IMG/VR virus record: IMGVR_UViG_3300025084_000015
Source: an uncultured virus (IMG/VR IMGVR_UViG_3300025084_000015)
Lineage: Duplodnaviria > Heunggongvirae > Uroviricota > Caudoviricetes
Length of the DNA stretch: 64,000 bases
Strand: one strand, 5' to 3'
The notes beneath the pieces are model-generated. The model was not told the DNA's origin. It saw only the letters and a program-made list of their open reading frames with translations, and ran no database searches. A program made the position numbers and the translations under genes. Of the stretch, positions 36,324 through 44,343 are shown in pieces. Each line of letters opens with the position of its first letter. Position 1 is the first letter of the stretch.

Positions 36324-37559
36324 TTATGCAAAAAATTCTTCGATGTTTATAATACGATTAGTTTCTTTATTTGTTTTTTTCACTTTATTAAAGAAATCAT
36401 TAAACGATGAATCAGGCGAATTATGAGAATAATAGTACTCATATGCTTTATGTCTCCATTCATCACGCATTACAGAATCTTTTCTTAATTGATTAATTAA
36501 CTCCATATTTTGTGCGTGATCTGAGCCAACTTCTCCTAGCCAAATTGTTCCATTATCGTTATCAGCAGTCATTGCATTACCAGTTTGCAAATGATAGCAA
36601 TGATCGCCATAAGACTTTCTAAATATTGGAATGCATCCAGCCGCAACAATTTCTAAGTGAGTAAATTCAATAAAATTTTGAATGTATTCAGGCTGAAGAT
36701 ATGTTAGCTGAAAACCAAAGGCGCATTTAGATAATCTTTCAAGCATTTCAGTGTATTTGTATGCTGAAAACACATATGGCTTAGTGTCGTATTCTAAATT
36801 AAAACCAAAGTCGCTGTCTGGATGATGAAAATCGTATTTTTTGCGTATATCTACAAACTGAATTGATCGTTCCATTCCTTCTAACGTAAAAAGAAAACCT
36901 TGGTTTTTTGCGTTGTTTTCATATAAATCAAAAAGAACATCAAATCCTTTCCAATACGCACTACGGCCGATCCATTTTAAATGATTTTCATCTTGCTCTT
37001 CAATTGATTTCCAATACTCATTTTTAATTGTTGAAATGTCAATCCCATTACAAAAATTGTGTAGCGCTGCGTTTGTTCCAACAGTTCTGCAATAATTCAT
37101 AAAAGGACTCTTTGTAGAATAAGAGAATATAACATCAGCCTTTTTAATTGTTTCGTCGAGGACTGCATTCCTACGGATTGACATCATTTTATGATCATGT
37201 TGAATCATAACAACTTTAGTATCAATACTGCTAATAAGCTTACTAAAGTTTTCAATACAATCATCTGGATGCCCTTTCGATGGTAGCGAACCGATAATTA
37301 CCATATCAGCATCTTTTGCATCTTCAATGATATTATCAACGCCGCAAACACTATCACCTCTAGAAGGTTTATTGCCAAATTTTTGTTCAATTACGTTTTC
37401 TCCTAAAATGTGGGATTTAGCCCGAGTCCAACGCTTATCTTTAGTTGCATAAATTTTATAATCCCATCCCTTAGATAAGGCCCAATTTTTTATTTCTAAT
37501 GTAAATCGTGTTACACCGCAACCTTCAATCCCTCTGCCTAATATATGTATTATTTTCAT
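36324..37559 (-). CDS. agt: DNA alpha-glucosyltransferase homolog (T4 Agt-like)
   Basis: GRGIEGCGVT, KDKRWTRAKSH, QHDH, WIGRSAYWKG, EFTHLEIVAAGCIPIF match T4 Agt motifs. Confidence 0.85.
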   Translation of the reverse strand: MKIIHILGRGIEGCGVTRFTLEIKNWALSKGWDYKIYATKDKRWTRAKSHILGENVIEQKFGNKPSRGDSVCGVDNIIEDAKDADMVIIGSLPSKGHPDDCIENFSKLISSIDTKVVMIQHDHKMMSIRRNAVLDETIKKADVIFSYSTKSPFMNYCRTVGTNAALHNFCNGIDISTIKNEYWKSIEEQDENHLKWIGRSAYWKGFDVLFDLYENNAKNQGFLFTLEGMERSIQFVDIRKKYDFHHPDSDFGFNLEYDTKPYVFSAYKYTEMLERLSKCAFGFQLTYLQPEYIQNFIEFTHLEIVAAGCIPIFRKSYGDHCYHLQTGNAMTADNDNGTIWLGEVGSDHAQNMELINQLRKDSVMRDEWRHKAYEYYYSHNSPDSSFNDFFNKVKKTNKETNRIINIEEFFA

Positions 37560-37563
37560 AAAA

Positions 37564-37917
37564 TTATTTATGACCTGTAGGTTTTTTGCGGTTTAGAAAA
37601 TCGCGGTCAGGCGATTGACCTTCAATACCATGCCGCATGTATGCAACCATGAATGAAGAATAATTAATCAAATCTTTTGCAGAGTCTTCCAAAGATTCAA
37701 AGTTTTGGGTATATTCTGTGTCGTATTCCATTGCCTCAAGAACGGATTGCATACGAAGAACTTTTGCGTGGACAATATCAAGAATTGACACAATTCCACG
37801 AGGATAATAATCTGTCTGTTTTATACGTGAGTTAGGATTTTGGTAGTCATTAGACTTTTTTATCTGTAAATCTGCGCACTCTTCTAAAACCTTAATCGAT
37901 TCTTTTTTACTTTCCAT
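37564..37917 (-). CDS. Nucleotide-modification-associated all-alpha protein (DUF1599/Nmad-like)
   Basis: KKSNDY...EDSAKDLINYS; leaderless promoter at 37952..37924. Confidence 0.65.
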   Translation of the reverse strand: MESKKESIKVLEECADLQIKKSNDYQNPNSRIKQTDYYPRGIVSILDIVHAKVLRMQSVLEAMEYDTEYTQNFESLEDSAKDLINYSSFMVAYMRHGIEGQSPDRDFLNRKKPTGHK

Positions 37918-37939
37918 GCTGTTATTATATTATATTTTA

Positions 37940-38365
37940 TCAATTTTGTAAAACAAATTGTTTCTTATTTTTATTCCAATAGTAAATGCCGTGGAGGCTA
38001 TAGTCTGCAGTCACCTTGTCTCCGATAAAAATATATAGAATATCCGGGTATTCTCTCCACGCGTCTTGACGAGCACGGTTGGCTCTCTTTAAAACATACG
38101 GAACGTAATAGTCACCTTCAGTTACTTTTACTTCTACAAAACTATTCTCCGCATCAATAACGTCTTTATATTTTCTAGTATCATCAGTAAATCCCATTTC
38201 TTTTATAAGAAATACTTCAGGAGCATGGCCGTACAAAGTTGTTTCTAAAATTTGGTTGAATGACCTTTTTAAACGGGTACTTGTCTTTGAAAAGATTTCG
38301 GCCGCCTCTGCCTTAGCTCGAGCGAGATAAAAATCGCTATCTAGTTGAGATGCGTTAAACTTCAT
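37940..38365 (-). CDS. Hypothetical protein, possible PD-(D/E)XK nuclease fold
   Basis: GHAPE...KDVID...VEVK. Confidence 0.5.
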   Translation of the reverse strand: MKFNASQLDSDFYLARAKAEAAEIFSKTSTRLKRSFNQILETTLYGHAPEVFLIKEMGFTDDTRKYKDVIDAENSFVEVKVTEGDYYVPYVLKRANRARQDAWREYPDILYIFIGDKVTADYSLHGIYYWNKNKKQFVLQN

Positions 38366-39093
38366 GAGTCACCCATCGATGATTGAGCAAGAGATTGAAC
38401 TTCATCAGCCTTTTTTCTTGCTTCGATTTCCTTATCAATAAACTTGAAATGGCGTTCGTATACGTGTAAAGATCCTACTTGCCAAGTAATGTCACCGGCT
38501 GAATAAGTATTTTCACCAAAATCATTTAGATCTTTTACTAGACGATCAAGGACAAACTTTTGCCAGGCATAATCATTTCTGTAACCAAACACAACATCAT
38601 TTGATCGCATTTGAACAACAGCATGAAGAGCGTTGTCACGGACCATATATTGTACAGCGTTAGTGCAAATGAAATCAGACATACCATCAACACTAAAATC
38701 GTCATGCATAGTAGGTCTTTGGTAAATCATAACAGCTCTTCGTGAATTTGGATCACATAAGAGTTGCTGGCATACGTGGTTGTATTGCTTATGGTTTTCT
38801 TTACTAAAGATCAGCTGACCGTAATTAGAATTAATCTTGCCTTTTGTCGATGATATCTGTTTCCATATTTCAGGCGTTTTTTCAGGAATGTCATACACAT
38901 AAAGACTTTCGCTAAGATACCAATCAATTTCTCTTTTGATATACTCATTATTAGGAGTACCGAATATTGATACTTCATCAGCAGTAAAAGATGCACCAAC
39001 AATTTCAAGTGTTTTTACACCTGTTTTATCGGTAACGTATTTTTCTGTGTTATATAGATCAATAAACAGATCGCGGATATCCTTAGTTTGCAT
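38362..39093 (-). CDS. 42: dCMP hydroxymethylase (T4 gp42-like)
   Basis: REIDWY, INSNYG, SRRA, DFICTN, MRSNDVVFGYRNDYAWQ (Asp in the dCMP-specificity position), SLHVYERH. Confidence 0.9.
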   Translation of the reverse strand: MQTKDIRDLFIDLYNTEKYVTDKTGVKTLEIVGASFTADEVSIFGTPNNEYIKREIDWYLSESLYVYDIPEKTPEIWKQISSTKGKINSNYGQLIFSKENHKQYNHVCQQLLCDPNSRRAVMIYQRPTMHDDFSVDGMSDFICTNAVQYMVRDNALHAVVQMRSNDVVFGYRNDYAWQKFVLDRLVKDLNDFGENTYSAGDITWQVGSLHVYERHFKFIDKEIEARKKADEVQSLAQSSMGDS

Positions 39094-39135
39094 AACTATA
39101 TTCTACACTATTACGCGGTATTTGTAAATAACAAA

Positions 39136-39573
39136 TTACTCTTCAATGATTTCACCAGAAAAAATTCGCTCTGCGAGAACATTAGCATCGCCAGGGATGC
39201 GCTTACCATTAGGAAAATACGCTTTAAAATTCTTGAATTTTTCTCCATTGTTCCAAACCAAAGAAATATGTTTCTGTCCGTTCTCGTACCAAGAGTCAAA
39301 CGGGCCATGCAGTTTTCCATTTTTAATTCCAGCCTTTGCAAGCATTTCACCATTAACGTGGTATCTAATAGATGTTCCCGTAAATAAGCTGTCTTGACCC
39401 ATGTTTGCTGAGTTATAAAATGTACTCGTAGCGTAATCCGTGTACAAATTATCGGCATTTACGGTTGGGCCGTCTGGATAATCGGGTGGACGAGATACGT
39501 ATGCCTCTACTCCATACTTGATTAAAAATGAGGTTAAAAGAATAAGTGTTGATAATAATGCTGCTTTTTTCAT
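39136..39573 (-). CDS. Membrane-anchored MORN-variant repeat protein
   Basis: FTGTSIRYHVNG, KNGKLHGPFDSWYENGQ, YFPNG; N-terminal TM. Confidence 0.7.
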   Translation of the reverse strand: MKKAALLSTLILLTSFLIKYGVEAYVSRPPDYPDGPTVNADNLYTDYATSTFYNSANMGQDSLFTGTSIRYHVNGEMLAKAGIKNGKLHGPFDSWYENGQKHISLVWNNGEKFKNFKAYFPNGKRIPGDANVLAERIFSGEIIEE

Positions 39574-39582
39574 AATGTTTTT

Positions 39583-40206
39583 TTAAATAATTTTGTGCCA
39601 ACTTTTTAGTGTGTGTTTAAAGGGATTGCCTTCAATAAGCATAACACAGTTAAGCATTTTTTCAGCGATTTCTCTAATCTCCTTTTGCGCGTGTTGGCTT
39701 TTACGCAGTTTAATAAAATTGGCGAAAGAACGTAAATTAAATTGTACATCTGCTTGGATGCGGCTATTGTAAGTCTTAAAGAAGCGGGCAGATTCTTTTG
39801 CTCGTTTACGTCCTAGTGTATCAGTCAATTCACCGACACACTGATGGTAAAGCTCATTCCCTTTTTGTGTATAAGACACTAACATTTCCTGCCAAAATGC
39901 TGGCCAATCTTCAGGAACAAACATTTTATCCTCTTTTAGTTCTTTGTATCGTGCCGACTCTGCATTAAGCGAAGATAATCTATGCTTAAGTAAATGAATA
40001 TGAGAGGCGATATCACAATCAATAAGAAAATGAACGCTGCATTTTTCAAAAGGGGTTTCGTGTCCCTCGCTCCAAAGCATGTTGAGGAGCTCCGGAATTC
40101 TTTTTCGTTTTTCTTCATTCAGTTTTCTTGATGTTGATGTCCAAGCGCTGCACGCAATTGTTTCATCTGATCCATAATGTCCTAATAACTCTACTGTGTT
40201 CTCCAT
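39583..40206 (-). CDS. thyX: FAD-dependent thymidylate synthase
   Basis: GHETPFE, LKHRLSSLNAESARY, ESARFF, NLRSFANFIKLR, HAQKEIR. Confidence 0.92.
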   Translation of the reverse strand: MENTVELLGHYGSDETIACSAWTSTSRKLNEEKRKRIPELLNMLWSEGHETPFEKCSVHFLIDCDIASHIHLLKHRLSSLNAESARYKELKEDKMFVPEDWPAFWQEMLVSYTQKGNELYHQCVGELTDTLGRKRAKESARFFKTYNSRIQADVQFNLRSFANFIKLRKSQHAQKEIREIAEKMLNCVMLIEGNPFKHTLKSWHKII

Positions 40207-40227
40207 ACGATTAAGTTGTAGTATTAC

Positions 40228-40683
40228 TTATTCAGGACTTACCACGATATAATCATGAAACTCTTTATAGCTATCTGCGTATTCGATGCAAGATTTAAAA
40301 TCTCCCGAGTGGTCAACATATGATGAGTCAACCACGTAATACGGACCTTTTGGTGTTGGATACCTTTCTGAACCTTTAACCAAGTGTGTGGAAGAAATCC
40401 TCCAACCGCTTCCATCTTTTCTAACAATGCTGTTAAATTTAACGGTATCGGAAGGGTGTGAATCTTCGCTGAAGGAAGATGACATTTTATCAATCTGCCA
40501 TTTAGTTAGAAAGACGTGTGCTTCAACCTTTTCTGGTTCAGACAACACTACCTTTTCTACGATTTCTACACTCTTTGCATTTTGTGCTGACCAAAATGTA
40601 ACTCCCCAAATAGGAACGGCTAAACCAAATCCTAGTAATATTGTTTTTTTCATAATATGATAATTTGTGTTAAATATTTTCAA
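40228..40683 (-). CDS. Hypothetical exported/membrane protein
   Basis: Hydrophobic N-terminus; likely start MKKTILL. Confidence 0.55.
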   Translation of the reverse strand: MKIFNTNYHIMKKTILLGFGLAVPIWGVTFWSAQNAKSVEIVEKVVLSEPEKVEAHVFLTKWQIDKMSSSFSEDSHPSDTVKFNSIVRKDGSGWRISSTHLVKGSERYPTPKGPYYVVDSSYVDHSGDFKSCIEYADSYKEFHDYIVVSPE

Positions 40684-40776
40684 TTAGTTTTATAAACACT
40701 GCTATAAATGCTACAGCCGCTAAAAGTAGAAAACATCCAAATACGACATTTTCAAAAAATTCTCTGTCTTTGCGAT

Positions 40777-41052
40777 TCATCTAAAATCCTCCCTCCAAAA
40801 AGCTTTAGCTTCAAAGTCTACATAGAACTCGACTTCTCCATTAGTAGCATATCTATATGCTTGATTTCCACCACCTAAAGTTACACGTGTTTCTTTGTTG
40901 TTTTTAAGATATTGCGGAGAAGGGTAAACCATTCCAATATCTTCCATTTTTTCGACCTGGAAATATTCGTTATAATTACACGTATAACCATTATCCCACG
41001 AAACTGTTTTATTATAGTTATTGCTATAATGCTTTTTCATATGTGCTTTCAT
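40777..41052 (-). CDS. Hypothetical protein
   Basis: 91-aa ORF. Confidence 0.5.
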   Translation of the reverse strand: MKAHMKKHYSNNYNKTVSWDNGYTCNYNEYFQVEKMEDIGMVYPSPQYLKNNKETRVTLGGGNQAYRYATNGEVEFYVDFEAKAFWREDFR

Positions 41053-41058
41053 AAAATA

Positions 41059-41268
41059 TTAAAGCCAAGATTGGCATCGGTTCTCATCGTGTTCTTTTAA
41101 GGCCTTCTTAAGTTTATCTCTGACGACCACGTCATCGCGGGAATCCATATATCCAAGGAGCCAACAAAGCTCGTCTCTTAATAGTTGAGCGGCATTACGT
41201 TCCTCTAAGAATTTATCGTAATCTGTTTTTTCTTTAGTTATTGTGGCAAGTGGTTTTTCAGTTTTCAT
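41059..41268 (-). CDS. Hypothetical early protein
   Basis: Follows promoter TTTACA 41325..41320 / TAGAAT 41302..41297. Confidence 0.6.
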   Translation of the reverse strand: MKTEKPLATITKEKTDYDKFLEERNAAQLLRDELCWLLGYMDSRDDVVVRDKLKKALKEHDENRCQSWL

Positions 41269-41333
41269 TGTGGTAGTCTTTTTTGATTCTGAATATATTC
41301 TACCATAAAAAATGGCAGTTGTAAATACTTTTT

Positions 41334-41543
41334 TTACATAAAGTTTGCTTTTTTATTATCATACGATCCATATTTCTCAATAAAGTTTGTAGTGTCTACT
41401 GGGCAATATTTTTCACGTAACCTCATCATGACTTTCCAAATAGGAAGTGCTATAGAATCGTCCGGTTCACTTTCGATCTCGCGGATGAGATCTTGGATTA
41501 CTTCCTCGACAATAGCCGATTTGATTTGATTTGATTTTTTCAT
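41334..41543 (-). CDS. Hypothetical protein
   Basis: 69-aa ORF. Confidence 0.55.
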   Translation of the reverse strand: MKKSNQIKSAIVEEVIQDLIREIESEPDDSIALPIWKVMMRLREKYCPVDTTNFIEKYGSYDNKKANFM

Positions 41544-41627
41544 AATATATTTTTTTTACTCCCACCTAGCCTCCCCCTTTCAGGTTGTAGGCGTGAAGTC
41601 TTTGACGCCTCGTTAATTGCTAGGAGC

Positions 41628-41751
41628 AGGCCCGGGCAGGATTCGAACCTGCATTCCCTCTATAGACGCTAGCTAGCGCGCATCACAGTAAAGTGCACTT
41701 TACTGATTTGGGTATAATATAGATGGGTCTTACCTGTTAAATGACCGGGCC
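41628..41751 (-). ncRNA. tRNA-like RNA A (124 nt) with expanded anticodon arm
   Basis: Acceptor GGCCCGG/CCGGGCC, D loop with GG, T arm GCAGG TTCGAAT CCTGC; 53-nt insert in place of anticodon loop. Confidence 0.7.
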
Positions 41752-41870
41752 GTATTTTGTTTTGTGTTTTCCTAAAGTTGAGGGTCTTTCTCTGAGGGCA
41801 CCCTTACTCCCACAATAGTTCATTATTTTACGTCTTATTCTATCGCTTAACCGTGTTTATACTCACTTGA

Positions 41871-42077
41871 CTAATCTGTTATAATGCTTTTAACTTGGCT
41901 AATATGGTAACCGTTTATTGATCCCATGAATTCAAGTTGAAACCATCCATTCGCATCCAACCGCTTGATAACACCTTCTGCGGAAAGGGATTCATCAATA
42001 GGATCAAATGGTTTGAGCGAGACGAAAACATGCTCACCTGAATCAATGTAGTTTCTAATCATTTTTTCTTTTAACAT
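41871..42077 (-). CDS. Hypothetical protein
   Basis: 68-aa ORF. Confidence 0.55.
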   Translation of the reverse strand: MLKEKMIRNYIDSGEHVFVSLKPFDPIDESLSAEGVIKRLDANGWFQLEFMGSINGYHISQVKSIITD

Positions 42078-42313
42078 AATAAAATTTATTTTAGAGCTCG
42101 ATAAAGTTACTCAAATCAATGGTGTGAACAATTGAAGACTCAGCTTTACGACGCATAAGATCTACATCAACTTTAAAATTCTCAGATGCCTCTTTGACAA
42201 GCATGTGTAGCTCCTCCCGCGGGGGTGGGGAGTTCAGGAGGTGGTTTTTAATCCAAGTTAGTCCGTTCTCTAGTTTTTTGTTTTCTTTCATGATGTAATA
42301 TAGTTGAGTTCCT

Positions 42314-42553
42314 TTAGCTGTAGAGTTTAGCGAGATCATTTGGGACAACATCCTTACCTCTGTAAATAGCTTGCTTAAGTTTAGTCTGATGCTTCCATAA
42401 GCTATCAAGCTGATCATTAAGATCAGCACAACCGCTACAAGCTCTATCACTATCTAATGCTTCAAGAACCTTAAGCTTATCAGTAAAGCAGTTCATAAGC
42501 TCATCCATATGCTCCAACACTTGCTTCTTCTGCTCGTTATTATTTTCTTTCAT
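42314..42553 (-). CDS. Hypothetical early protein (CxxC)
   Basis: First ORF after promoter cassette at 42560..42680. Confidence 0.55.
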   Translation of the reverse strand: MKENNNEQKKQVLEHMDELMNCFTDKLKVLEALDSDRACSGCADLNDQLDSLWKHQTKLKQAIYRGKDVVPNDLAKLYS

Positions 42554-42559
42554 AACTAA

Positions 42560-42680
42560 TATACTTTCTTCCTTGATTCTGATTATATTCTACCACACGA
42601 TGGGTAGTTTGTAAATACTTTTTTTACTAAAAATAGGCTTTTTTTGGTGTTCATCTGATTACTGGTGTTCATCTGATTAC
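42560..42680 (-). promoter_or_regulatory. Repeated early promoter cassette with 18-bp tandem repeat of degenerate TGTTC-N4-GAACA box
   Basis: TTTACA 42615..42610, TAGAAT 42592..42587; TGTTC-ATCT-GATTA at 42648..42661 and 42666..42679. Confidence 0.75.
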
Positions 42681-42691
42681 TTATGGGAAAT

Positions 42692-42805
42692 TGGCTGCTC
42701 TAAAAGGAATTGCACCTTTATTTTTCTCGCCCGAACCATTGGGGTTTCGGTGACTTATGGTTGAAGAGGTCGTGGAGAATGTTTTACTTTTTAAACTATA
42801 GAGCT
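42692..42805 (-). ncRNA. tRNA-like RNA B (114 nt) with expanded anticodon arm and encoded CCA
   Basis: GCTCTA/TAGAGC acceptor, D stem GTTT/AAAC, TTCTC/GAGAA stem with 46-nt insert, T arm AAAGG TGCAATT CCTTT, 3' GCCA; own promoter upstream, no ORF. Confidence 0.65.
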
Positions 42806-42814
42806 TTTATTAAG

Positions 42815-42914
42815 GGGTTTTCCTTGATTCTGATTATATTCTACCACAAAAAATGACCACTGTAAATACTTTTTTACTAAATAATAGCACTTTTTTTAAT
42901 TTGTATTACAGATT
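42815..42914 (-). promoter_or_regulatory. Repeated early promoter cassette driving tRNA-like RNA B
   Basis: TTTACA 42866..42861, TAGAAT 42843..42838; near-palindrome AATCTGTAATACAAATT 42914..42898. Confidence 0.75.
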
Positions 42915-42937
42915 TAAGTCATTTTTGTATAAAACTG

Positions 42938-43876
42938 CTAAAAAGATACACTTTTGACTGCAAAATCTATGGCTCGAGCAGCTTCAAGTTTTACTGGTCT
43001 ACCACGATACCACCCTCCATTTTCGTTGTCAATTTCTCTAACAAGTGATTCAACCTCGTTAGGTGTGATAGGATATTTTCTACGAATAGCATTAGCAGCA
43101 ATACTCATCATTATTCGATACATGTGATGATACCAACCAGATTCATTAATTGTCATATACTCAGTAACAAGCTGCTTGTTAACAAAAGGACAATCGCGAT
43201 AAGATGACCATTTAATATTTGTATTTGTCAACTTGCTTTCATAGTGCTTTTTCAACTCTTTTTGAATTGCTTCAGGTAAATGATCACTTAATGAATTTCC
43301 TGAATTTTCTACAAAATCATATTTTGCCATTAGTTTTACCGGATCAAGAAATGGTCCTTCATGTGTAAAAATAAAGTTATACGCATTAGGATATTGTGCT
43401 GGAACATAATACATGCGCGAAAGATCTTTGGTTTGCGGATCACCAAGTGAATTGTATTCTTTATTTAACGCAAACCAAAGATGTTTAATCTTATCAGCTT
43501 TTACTTCTTCTGTGAGCGGGAAGACAATTCTGAATTTTGGTTTTTCTTTCGATGAAGATGCAGAGCTATAGCACACGAATCGATGACCTTTAAAGGCTTC
43601 GATCGTTTCTTCGAACGTAGAATCATATTCATCAATGTCAAGGGCAACCCAACTAGCCCACGAAATAACATTCCTATTAGCGCGAGTCGTGCCCCCATCA
43701 TAGGTAGCTGGTGTAATAAGCGGCGAGCCATCTTTTCTTTCTCCTTTCTTTGGTTTATAACCAGGCTGTTTGCTCAAAGAATATAACAAGTCTTCAAAAC
43801 CTTTCCAATCTTGGAAGGCCATTTTTCGATGTGTTTTATTATCGAAAATAGAATTGAATATTGTGAGCGAATACAT
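42938..43876 (-). CDS. Archaeo-eukaryotic-type primase (AEP/PrimPol-like)
   Basis: WVALDIDE, YSSASS...PKFRIVFPL, DPQTKDLSRMYY; helical C-terminal domain. Confidence 0.7.
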   Translation of the reverse strand: MYSLTIFNSIFDNKTHRKMAFQDWKGFEDLLYSLSKQPGYKPKKGERKDGSPLITPATYDGGTTRANRNVISWASWVALDIDEYDSTFEETIEAFKGHRFVCYSSASSSKEKPKFRIVFPLTEEVKADKIKHLWFALNKEYNSLGDPQTKDLSRMYYVPAQYPNAYNFIFTHEGPFLDPVKLMAKYDFVENSGNSLSDHLPEAIQKELKKHYESKLTNTNIKWSSYRDCPFVNKQLVTEYMTINESGWYHHMYRIMMSIAANAIRRKYPITPNEVESLVREIDNENGGWYRGRPVKLEAARAIDFAVKSVSF

Positions 43877-44292
43877 TATGAAAGTTTTTCTAAATCACCA
43901 TGATTATCTTTATGAGAAGGTGCTTCCCATCCTTCAGGTTTAATCAGGTCTGGAAGACCAAGAGGATTAGGCCTTGTTTCTTTAATGCCAACTTCTTTTT
44001 TCATATTTGCTTTAAATACCTCATCCCACGCTTTATACGCATCAACACCAAAGGCATCCAACGTGCCAATGGCTACCACACATAAGTCAATAAGACCATC
44101 AACAACTTCTTCAGAATCAACATAGCCAGCGTTGTTTGATGCAACCTGAGTTTCAGTTAATTCTTCTTTTAGAAAATTAATTCTAAAGTTTAAGAATGTG
44201 CGTAAATCTAAACTATTCATTTTTTCAACTGCAGGACGTACTCCGTACTTTTCATGCATATCACTAATATCTTGTACCCAATCTTTACTCAT
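43876..44292 (-). CDS. MazG-like NTP pyrophosphohydrolase
   Basis: FLKEELTE, EEVVDGLIDL, AWDEVFKANM, DLIKPEGW. Confidence 0.85.
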   Translation of the reverse strand: MSKDWVQDISDMHEKYGVRPAVEKMNSLDLRTFLNFRINFLKEELTETQVASNNAGYVDSEEVVDGLIDLCVVAIGTLDAFGVDAYKAWDEVFKANMKKEVGIKETRPNPLGLPDLIKPEGWEAPSHKDNHGDLEKLS

Positions 44293-44343
44293 ATTTTTTA
44301 ATTTGTTTATGTATTATATCTTATATATTTACTAATGTAAATA

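Noticed and set aside
42091..42450. 119-aa ORF as listed
   Set aside because: 5' half overlaps 42314..42553 in another frame; probably only the portion from the ATG near 42291 (MKENKKLE) is real, so not called with listed coordinates
41628..42805. tRNA-like elements as tmRNA or group I intron-containing tRNAs
   Set aside because: Inserts are only 46-53 nt, with no tag reading frame, pseudoknot series or group I core
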